Below are positions 56,917 through 64,000 of a stretch of 64,000 bases of DNA, in pieces; positions within the stretch are counted from its first letter, which is position 1; each line of letters begins with the position of its first letter. The stretch comes from a virus. Under the pieces are notes generated by a model that searched no databases, had not been told where the DNA came from, and worked only from the letters and a program-made list of their open reading frames with translations. The stretch covers positions 64,001-128,000 of the IMG/VR virus record IMGVR_UViG_3300029908_000007. One strand, 5' to 3'. Both the position numbers and the translations under genes were made by a program.

Positions 56917-57455
56917 AAATGTCCCACAGCCGCCCTTACCGTCATGATGGTCGCGAAGTCATAGAGCATGTGTCCCAACATAAGAGTTGTAACACCATTC
57001 TTTTCAATGAACCTAACAGCGTAGGGGATATAAAAAGAAATCATAGCCGCAGCAAACACGCCTTGGTAAGTGTGTCCCGTGAAGAAGGAGAGCATAACAA
57101 AAGCTAATAATAGCATGTGGACAGGCCACATCCACTTACTGGTTCCCAGCATGCGTTTCAATAGAACTAAGGGAAAACTATAGCATAAGTCTTCCCACCC
57201 GACAAACGCGGTTCCACCAATCGGTAACATGTAGGCGGTTTGCGCTTGTTCTAATCCGATTCCTTGCGAGAAAGCGGTTTTGATCATAAAATATCTAACT
57301 ACTGACATGCAGGCCATGAACAAAACCCATTTACCAAAAACTTTAGGTTTGAAAGATAGCAGATTTTTATATTCGGATTTCCAAACACAGTAAAAGGTAA
57401 AAACGCCTAAGCACCAATATGGAAGCATACGAGTGGCAAATTCTAAAAAGCTCAT
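56913..57455 (-). CDS. CPBP (CAAX/Abi) intramembrane metalloprotease-like protein
   Basis: Multi-TM; WED, F..GH, GHMLYD. Confidence 0.7.
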   Translation of the reverse strand: MSFLEFATRMLPYWCLGVFTFYCVWKSEYKNLLSFKPKVFGKWVLFMACMSVVRYFMIKTAFSQGIGLEQAQTAYMLPIGGTAFVGWEDLCYSFPLVLLKRMLGTSKWMWPVHMLLLAFVMLSFFTGHTYQGVFAAAMISFYIPYAVRFIEKNGVTTLMLGHMLYDFATIMTVRAAVGHL

Positions 57456-57468
57456 AGTTACCTCAAGT

Positions 57469-57476
57469 TAAAGATT
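57469..57476 (-). promoter_or_regulatory. Candidate late-promoter motif AATCTTTA
   Basis: In a 22-nt gap, 13 nt before the ATG at 57455, with GAGGT RBS. Confidence 0.6.
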
Positions 57477-57477
57477 C

Positions 57478-57738
57478 TTACGAAATAGTTCCAGTTCCCA
57501 CACCAGTGCCCGCGCTAGGAGTTCCTGGAGGTGACGTAACTGGGATAGTTACCACGTCTGCAGTAGTTACTAACGCGTTGCTTACAAAAAATGGAATAAT
57601 GGCATTTGCGATTCCCAAAGATAGGGCCGGTATATAATTGGGAGTACTTACGGATCCACCGAATTGGGCTTCAATAGCTGCGGTGATCGCTGCGGTTAAT
57701 GCACTTTGTAATACCGTTTCTTGTCCTGTTATTGGCAT
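57478..57738 (-). CDS. Small baseplate spike-associated protein
   Basis: Follows the spike gene; ends GTGVGTGTIS. Confidence 0.55.
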   Translation of the reverse strand: MPITGQETVLQSALTAAITAAIEAQFGGSVSTPNYIPALSLGIANAIIPFFVSNALVTTADVVTIPVTSPPGTPSAGTGVGTGTIS

Positions 57739-57746
57739 AATATCTC

Positions 57747-58682
57747 CTATTTTGTAAATACGTGTGTGCTTAACGACGGATCCATTGGAACCAAGGGAGG
57801 GCCGGTTGGAACCGCGAGATCGCCGATATGAGTGTGAGCATTGTACAATGTAGCAAAAGTATTTCCTTTGATTACGGCTTCAACCGCACCTACTCCTAAA
57901 TCGATATTGCTTCCGTCTATAGTCGTGAGACCTTCGGCGATAATATCCGTGGTCCCCGTAGTTTGGATACTAGTATTTCCCTGATTTATAACATTAATAT
58001 TTCCAGTCGCCGTTACCGTCACGTCTCCACTTTTAGCCATCGTAAACGTAGCCGTGCTGTGGGCAACACTAAAGCTTCCATCGGTTGAAATCTGGACAAC
58101 TGTATTGCCTTGGCTGGGGTCAACCGGCGTTCCGTCACTATTTGTGGCGCCTTTAAAAGTTAAGGCCGTAGAACCGTCTGGGTTGACTGCGACATTGACA
58201 CCGTTATACTCGCCCTGCAAACGAGGTTGAGTATCTACAAGAGTGGTCGATCGATCGGGATTAGGAAATCCTCCAATGATCATGGCTTTATTAGAAGTGC
58301 CATCCAAACAAAGAAGTAGAACAATACTACCATTTTGTCCACTAAATCTAACCGCCTCACCTGTATAGGTCTGTTGGGTTTTGGCTCTAAAGTTCATTTC
58401 GAAAAAATCGGCGACGCCACCAAAGGAATCATTGGCCAAACATTTTTTATACCTAATAGTCGTGGCTCCGCGATCCTCATCCTGCTGGGTTGTGACTACA
58501 TCGTACTCGGTCGACAATTTGGTTCTATTTTCTGGATCACTTATTGGATAAGATGCAACCACAACTCCAGCCCTGAGTGCTGTGTCTTTATAGCTCTTAT
58601 TGAATCCAGCCATTTGAGAACTGACGGAATCGCCCAACAAACCGGAAGGAAGTACGGCGCCATTTTCTAAGTAGTTGCTCAT
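57747..58682 (-). CDS. Baseplate central spike (gpV/gp5-like)
   Basis: OB-fold-like N-terminus, beta-helix repeats, HTH metal-binding apex 'NAHTHIG'. Confidence 0.85.
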   Translation of the reverse strand: MSNYLENGAVLPSGLLGDSVSSQMAGFNKSYKDTALRAGVVVASYPISDPENRTKLSTEYDVVTTQQDEDRGATTIRYKKCLANDSFGGVADFFEMNFRAKTQQTYTGEAVRFSGQNGSIVLLLCLDGTSNKAMIIGGFPNPDRSTTLVDTQPRLQGEYNGVNVAVNPDGSTALTFKGATNSDGTPVDPSQGNTVVQISTDGSFSVAHSTATFTMAKSGDVTVTATGNINVINQGNTSIQTTGTTDIIAEGLTTIDGSNIDLGVGAVEAVIKGNTFATLYNAHTHIGDLAVPTGPPLVPMDPSLSTHVFTK

Positions 58683-60553
58683 GTGTTGGTATTCTCCCCG
58701 CCGCCAGTGCGTTGAGGGCTGTTAATAGAAGTGCCTGTATTGGGTTGAGGAAATCCGGTTCCACCACCATGCGGGGTATCTGGATTAGAAGGAGCGCTTC
58801 TGTAAACCGTGTCTTGGCTTTCTGATACTCCGGGAAGAATTTGATTATGTTTGTAATCGTTTTGTCGCAAAGCGTAGGCATCGGAGAATGTCATTTCCGC
58901 GTATTTTAAGCCTTGTTTGCTGGAACCAATGCTTATGCCGTGACTAACACTTAGTGTGGTTACAAATTTCTTCCTACCATCTGCGGGTGATATCGCACAG
59001 GTATGTGAGATCTGTTCTATGTGATACACGACTCCGTTGAACTGTAGATTATCTCCTACTGCGATGGGATCTACGATGCCCACGCATTCTATGGTTCCGT
59101 TCATTTTTAACTGGCCGCCGATAAGAGCATCTCCCAATATCTTGGCCCAATAAACGCTTTTATAATCGGTCTTATTGGCATAATTAACGGGTTCGTCGAA
59201 AAGGGAAGTGACTACATAAGGTCGGAGCCCGCTTCTCTTGACATCATCGACGTCGTAAAGATAGTTCTTTTGTGCGGTTTCAGAAGAAAGATCGTAGCCT
59301 TCTGGACCCAATGTAGACCTACCGAAGTACTGAACAAAATTAATTCTAGCAGATTCGTCTCTACCTAGATCAAAATTATAAACTATGGCAGGATCTATCT
59401 TCCATCTTGGGATGTTCATAAATCTAGTAACTTGAAAACCACCTACGGCAAAATCATCATTCGTGAAAGGTATTTGTCTGAAAACCACGGTTGGCATGAC
59501 ATCACCATCTGGGGAGAGCCTAAAACAGGTATATAGTTCGTTGATTGGAGCATTGGAGAATTGATTAAGGATTGACCAAACCTGAACCTGATTCCAATAT
59601 TCTGGTTTGGTTACGGTTTCACCCTGGCATTTATTGCTGGTAACGAAAAATCTTCCATCGTCTTGCGAAATCGTTGGGTTGAGACCGCTGGCAGCGTCTT
59701 GACTAGCATTGGCGTTATAACTCTGTATACCAAAAAGATAGTTGTACACGTCTTTAGCCGCAACGGCTTCCGGCACATTCAATAGTTTCCCCAAAAGACC
59801 GGGAATAAAAAATAGTGTGTTTGGACTTTTAACTATGCCTTTTACAAATCTTCCATTGTCGCCTATCCCATTTCCAACTAGAACTTCTATCAAGAACTGC
59901 ATTATGTCCTGAACGTTAGTAAGTCCTTTATTGGTTACCATGAGCGCCCAGGCAGAGGCTAGGTTGGTAAACCATAGATTGACGTTATTTTGTTCGGATT
60001 GATCGACGAGATTTTGATTAAAGTAAATGGTATTATTGAATTCCGTGAAAGCAAAACCCGTAATTCTATATACCAGCGATTTAGTTCCTTTTTCCTGATC
60101 AATAATAGCCAATGATTCTCTGACCCCTTGTACTTTGAAAACACCCTTAAATCCGTCATTGGCTCCATTGATGGGTAAACTATTTCTGGCGTTGTCGGCA
60201 ACACGTCGGGCTTCGGATTCCCAGTTCAACATATTTACTATTACGAAATCACCGGGCGCGATTTCGGTTTCATAATTTACGTCGGTCATAAGAAGAGTGG
60301 CCGACATAGAGGGAGTAAGAACGCCTTTATTAACATTGGCGGAAACCTGAATACAGTCGTTTTCAACTACTAACGGTTTAGGTCTCACCGTGGTATAGTT
60401 GACTCCATTGCTTGGAGTCGTCCTAAGCGTATCTCTTTGTTGCCAGCTTACGAAAGTTAGGACCCAGGTAGGACTGCTTTGATTTACAAAACCTTCTCCT
60501 TGGCCGTTACCATGTACGGTTAGGGGATATGTGTAGGCGTTGGTATTCGCCAT
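58679..60553 (-). CDS. Baseplate hub (gp27-like)
   Basis: Lies between TMP and spike; NELY, VFRQIPF, VKRSGLRP, YHIEQISH. Confidence 0.7.
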   Translation of the reverse strand: MANTNAYTYPLTVHGNGQGEGFVNQSSPTWVLTFVSWQQRDTLRTTPSNGVNYTTVRPKPLVVENDCIQVSANVNKGVLTPSMSATLLMTDVNYETEIAPGDFVIVNMLNWESEARRVADNARNSLPINGANDGFKGVFKVQGVRESLAIIDQEKGTKSLVYRITGFAFTEFNNTIYFNQNLVDQSEQNNVNLWFTNLASAWALMVTNKGLTNVQDIMQFLIEVLVGNGIGDNGRFVKGIVKSPNTLFFIPGLLGKLLNVPEAVAAKDVYNYLFGIQSYNANASQDAASGLNPTISQDDGRFFVTSNKCQGETVTKPEYWNQVQVWSILNQFSNAPINELYTCFRLSPDGDVMPTVVFRQIPFTNDDFAVGGFQVTRFMNIPRWKIDPAIVYNFDLGRDESARINFVQYFGRSTLGPEGYDLSSETAQKNYLYDVDDVKRSGLRPYVVTSLFDEPVNYANKTDYKSVYWAKILGDALIGGQLKMNGTIECVGIVDPIAVGDNLQFNGVVYHIEQISHTCAISPADGRKKFVTTLSVSHGISIGSSKQGLKYAEMTFSDAYALRQNDYKHNQILPGVSESQDTVYRSAPSNPDTPHGGGTGFPQPNTGTSINSPQRTGGGENTNT

Positions 60554-62739
60554 TATCTACCGCCCTGAGGTTGTCTGCTTCTAGACGTGGGATGAAAAAA
60601 AGATCCCTCTTCTTTTTTGACCGGAGTTCTTCCAACTATATCTAGGTTTTCTTTTACAGCTTTATTGAACTTATCTAATCCATCAGCGGCTGGGACTATC
60701 ACATCTTTCAGTCCTCTAAAACTTTCCAATATAGCTTTGGAATCCGCTGCCAAAGCTTTGACCATTTCGTCTTCCGCTCTTCCGGTTTCACCGGGACCTT
60801 CCAACTTTTTCTTTGCCATTTCTTCGAACATATCTGTTCGACCAGCTCCTGCGGGCTGAGTTGTGCCCTTAATAAAAGCTTCCATTTGTTTGCGATTTTT
60901 AGCCATTTCAGGGTATTCTATAGCAGTTACTTTAAACAATTCTTGTTCTTGCTGATTGATTTGGCCACCGACTTCTCCCATTCCTTTAGCACTTAGTGGT
61001 CCCATCATCTGCGCTCTTTTTGCGGCAAGACTCTTAGTTAGTACATCGCCTTGAGGCAAGCGATGAATTGCTCCAGCACCGGCTTTTTGTAATCTACCTA
61101 CAAGATCTTCTGGAGATTTGCCATATTTACGGGATAACTCTTGTACTATGGGATGATCGGCAGATAATTGATCGGCGGGAATCGTAGAAAGCGAAGCTCT
61201 GTCCATTGGGGACATACCTCCAATTACGGAATCCTGAAGCATGCCAGCGGCACGCATGACGCCTTGAGGTCCGGTGTTGGCCGATGTTATCTGATTGAAC
61301 GCCTGATAAGCACCTTGGGCGCCTTGAATGCCTCTGGTAGTGGGTTCCGCCATGAAACCGCCGAAGCGCTTTACAATGTTCTCGATATCTGCTTGATTAC
61401 CGGTTTCACTTCTAGAAATTACCTGAGCCGTGGCGTCTAGGAATTTGCGATTCTCTTCTCTGAATTCGCTGCCATCTAAACCCAGTCTATTGCCTTCGGC
61501 GATCATTTTGACAAATGCCTGAGTAGAAGCTTGTGAACTTCCCAGGGTTTGGGAAAGATTTCCCAGGATTCCACCGGCATTGGTGATATCCATGTTTCTT
61601 GCCGCTTGTAAGCCTGTGACAGAACCTCTGCCCATTCTAGTAGATCCGCCAGCTCCTATGATCTGGCCCGACATCTGGGCCGCCATGTCATCAGTAAATC
61701 CAGCACCAACCGCTCGTTCTCTGAATCCTCCGGGGCCGTGAAAAGTGCTGTAATCCAAACCGAGTTGTCGTTGTGTGGAAAGATAGCCTCCAGCGGCTCC
61801 TCTAAACTGTTCTTGAGCCCTCAATTTCTTGAGCCCTTCGGGACTGGATTTAAGTGCTTCGTATTGTTTGGCTTGTTCTTCTTCGAATTCCTGTCGTAGC
61901 TCCGCCTGGACCATATCCTTTTGGCCTTGATTTCCGAACACACCCATAAGTGATTGTCTTGGCCTGAGAATCGCGGCTAGCGGATTATTCAGCCTACCTT
62001 CCATGCGCTCACCGGCGACGCCATGAGCTTTAGCTCTTTCACCCCTAAACATAAACTCTTCCATTGACTTGCCAGCGTAGAGTGCGTTGAACTGGGCTCC
62101 AGGGGCTCCGGCTTGAGCTATGGAAGCCGATAAGAGTTCTGTGGCTCTACCACCGGATTCCGCGAAAGATCTGCGAATGTTTTCGATCATCAAGGCGACA
62201 CCGGTGATGGCCGCTGCGGCGCCGGTTACAACGGCTGCGGTTCCTGTTATCGAAGAAGTGAGAGAAGAAAGAGCCGCAGTAGAACTACCTTGATTCCCAG
62301 GAGCTGGGCCGCCGGTTAGATTTCCACGGTTAACCAACGTATGTAGTTCGCCCGTGGTTCTAAGTTCTTGCTTCTTTAATTCGTTAAGCCTTTCCTGAAT
62401 CTGAAACTTTCTTTGTTCGCTTGCTAATCCGCTGGCTTGTTCTTTATTTAGGTCGCCTTGAAGTTTTTTTATGACTTCCATCTTGCGACGGGTTTCTTCG
62501 AAAATCTTATCGGATTGCTGTTTTGCTTTGTTTTGCTCTTGCTGGACCTGGCCCGAAGAAGGCGCTCCTGGAAGGCCTCCTAGACCCATGGCACGCATTT
62601 TCTGGTCGATCTGGCGCTGCTGCTGGAGAAGATTGGCGGGATTATTCAGCTGATTGAGCTGTTCTTGCATCCTTTTGACGGCGCTTTGAAAAGCTTTATC
62701 ATCCAGATCAAGACTGATTTTTAGTTTTTTCTCTGCCAT
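60553..62739 (-). CDS. Tape-measure-like protein
   Basis: Ala/Gly/Gln-rich and helical; 'KLKISLDLD' N-terminus; upstream of the hub. Confidence 0.65.
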   Translation of the reverse strand: MAEKKLKISLDLDDKAFQSAVKRMQEQLNQLNNPANLLQQQRQIDQKMRAMGLGGLPGAPSSGQVQQEQNKAKQQSDKIFEETRRKMEVIKKLQGDLNKEQASGLASEQRKFQIQERLNELKKQELRTTGELHTLVNRGNLTGGPAPGNQGSSTAALSSLTSSITGTAAVVTGAAAAITGVALMIENIRRSFAESGGRATELLSASIAQAGAPGAQFNALYAGKSMEEFMFRGERAKAHGVAGERMEGRLNNPLAAILRPRQSLMGVFGNQGQKDMVQAELRQEFEEEQAKQYEALKSSPEGLKKLRAQEQFRGAAGGYLSTQRQLGLDYSTFHGPGGFRERAVGAGFTDDMAAQMSGQIIGAGGSTRMGRGSVTGLQAARNMDITNAGGILGNLSQTLGSSQASTQAFVKMIAEGNRLGLDGSEFREENRKFLDATAQVISRSETGNQADIENIVKRFGGFMAEPTTRGIQGAQGAYQAFNQITSANTGPQGVMRAAGMLQDSVIGGMSPMDRASLSTIPADQLSADHPIVQELSRKYGKSPEDLVGRLQKAGAGAIHRLPQGDVLTKSLAAKRAQMMGPLSAKGMGEVGGQINQQEQELFKVTAIEYPEMAKNRKQMEAFIKGTTQPAGAGRTDMFEEMAKKKLEGPGETGRAEDEMVKALAADSKAILESFRGLKDVIVPAADGLDKFNKAVKENLDIVGRTPVKKEEGSFFHPTSRSRQPQGGR

Positions 62740-62757
62740 TTCAATACCTTAGCGGTT

Positions 62758-62827
62758 TGGTCTTTAAATACTAAAAGACCATATAGGTAAAGATTCCAAT
62801 CTTTGACCCTACCCCGGCGTTATATCA
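62758..62827 (-). promoter_or_regulatory. TGATATA (62821-62827), AATCTTTA (62788-62795) and an 8-bp leader hairpin (62758-62781)
   Basis: TGGTCTTT-N8-AAAGACCA inverted repeat between the motif and the ATG at 62739. Confidence 0.6.
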
Positions 62828-62840
62828 TAAATGGATGGAA

Positions 62841-63017
62841 TTACTGTGAAAACAATAGCTTAATAGGCCCCGCTATGGCCGCAAACAACGTGACGTAGAT
62901 GAGATAGAACTGAAAGGGGCTAAAACCCCTTTCCTTAAAAGACATGAATAGAAGGATGGGCCCAAACACCACCAGCATATCTAGCCAAGCTCTCAGATAG
63001 GCCTTGACATATTTCAA
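62841..63017 (-). CDS. 58-aa two-TM membrane protein (not in ORF track)
   Basis: TTG start after GGAG; MKYVKAYLRAWLDMLVVFGPILLFMSFKERGFSPFQFYLIYVTLFAAIAGPIKLLFSQ*. Confidence 0.55.
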   Translation of the reverse strand: MKYVKAYLRAWLDMLVVFGPILLFMSFKERGFSPFQFYLIYVTLFAAIAGPIKLLFSQ

Positions 63018-63206
63018 TTACTTGGTCTCCCCTAATTGCTTTACCAGCTTTGCTTTCTGGCCCACAAATACCTGGTCGAGATCGCTGCCGTCGCCTTTGA
63101 TATTGCGTTCGGTGTATGAAATTAGTTTCTTAATGTACAGGCGTTCCGAGCTTTCTTTTTTCATTTTCTTCGCTTTCTTTTTGCTACCGGTCTGTTTTTT
63201 TGCCAT
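63018..63206 (-). CDS. Small basic hypothetical protein
   Basis: AGGAG RBS located inside the upstream endonuclease gene. Confidence 0.55.
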   Translation of the reverse strand: MAKKQTGSKKKAKKMKKESSERLYIKKLISYTERNIKGDGSDLDQVFVGQKAKLVKQLGETK

Positions 63207-64000
63207 GTTGTATCAGTGCTCCTATTGTTATTTAGGTATTCTATAGCTTTTAACATTAAGTCTTGTGAATCGCTAAAATGTCCTAAACCTCTATTGCATT
63301 TGTCACACAGAAGGCCTCTGATTAAACCAGTCTTATGGTCGTGGTCTACAGACATACGCTTTTTAAAATCTTTTTGGTCTATTTTACATATAGCGCATTT
63401 TCCATCCTGTTGTCTCAAAAAATCTTCAAAATCTTCTAAATTTATTCCATAAGTAGATCTCAATTGACTATTTTTATATTGATGGGGTTTCTTTTTCCTT
63501 CTTTCATTATCTTGCATTCTTACTCTCTCTATATTGTTCTTTTTCCAGTTATCCGGGGTTCCCAACTGACAATCTATACAAAAAGGTCTAGCGCCATCTT
63601 TAGTTCTTTTACTCGGATAAAATTCTGATAATTTTTTAGTTATTTTACATTTAAAGCAATTTTTAAGTCCTTCTAAAAAAAGAGGATTGTGGGGATGTTT
63701 GAAGCTTTTACCGAAAGGATTTTTAGAACGCATTAAGGTTTTGTCCATATGCGCCGTAGCCTCTTCTAGCCATCCATTTCTGCCAGCGATAACTGGAGCA
63801 GATGGGGACTCTCTTTCCCAATCAGACGGTCTGTCAAATCTTTTAGCGTCTTCCATTATTTTTTCTTTAATCCAATATCCATTGGGTTTCTTTTTGGGTT
63901 TCATATGCGCTGTCAGTTCTGGTAACCACCCATTTATTCTGGATTTATCGTAAGCGTGTTTAGACTCCAACTTCCAGGCGCTCTTAGAATTAAATCTCAG
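63161..64000 (-). CDS. Endonuclease VII-family homing endonuclease, 5'-partial
   Basis: CAIC, VDHDHKTG.IRGLLCDKCNRGLG; frame open to the window end; N-terminal W...GWL repeats. Confidence 0.88.
   Translation of the reverse strand: MRFNSKSAWKLESKHAYDKSRINGWLPELTAHMKPKKKPNGYWIKEKIMEDAKRFDRPSDWERESPSAPVIAGRNGWLEEATAHMDKTLMRSKNPFGKSFKHPHNPLFLEGLKNCFKCKITKKLSEFYPSKRTKDGARPFCIDCQLGTPDNWKKNNIERVRMQDNERRKKKPHQYKNSQLRSTYGINLEDFEDFLRQQDGKCAICKIDQKDFKKRMSVDHDHKTGLIRGLLCDKCNRGLGHFSDSQDLMLKAIEYLNNNRSTDTTWQKNRPVAKRKRRK

Noticed and set aside
62841-63206. Tail-assembly-chaperone programmed frameshift upstream of the TMP gene
   Set aside because: The ORFs there are a basic peptide and a 2-TM peptide that read cleanly in frame and do not resemble chaperones.
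1-64000. Alternative genetic code (stop-codon reassignment)
   Set aside because: Long genes are intact in code 11, and TAA, TAG and TGA all end genes at tight operon junctions.

Overview
The window is 64 kb of a large myovirus-type (contractile-tail) phage genome in standard code 11, arranged as two convergent arms meeting near 31.0 kb. The + arm (1-31048) carries replication, recombination and transcription genes: a truncated sigma-70-like factor, SbcD/SbcC, a RuvC-like resolvase, RNase H, a DEDDh exonuclease, DnaE, SSB, UvsY-like, RecA, a second sigma-like protein, DnaB-like helicase and an AEP/RepB-like primase. It also has proteases, a CYTH protein and an Acb2/Tad1-like sponge candidate. 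The - arm (31029-64000) carries a tape-measure-like gene, baseplate genes and six mosaic fibre genes, interrupted by two small accessory islands. Four free-standing homing-endonuclease-like genes are spread over both arms. Main candidate novelties: (1) a possible split-sigma late transcription system, with a sigma lacking the region 4.2 HTH, a stand-alone sigma-4.2-like ORF, and a recurrent AATCTTTA motif (often with TGATATA) ahead of virion genes; (2) a start-less spare C1q fibre-tip cassette downstream of a tandem-C1q fibre; (3) several promoters with leaderless geometry; (4) an apparent ACG start codon; (5) an intein-like remnant in DnaE; (6) a structured intergenic element with an exact 32-bp duplication. 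All family calls are by-eye motif recognition; no searches were run.
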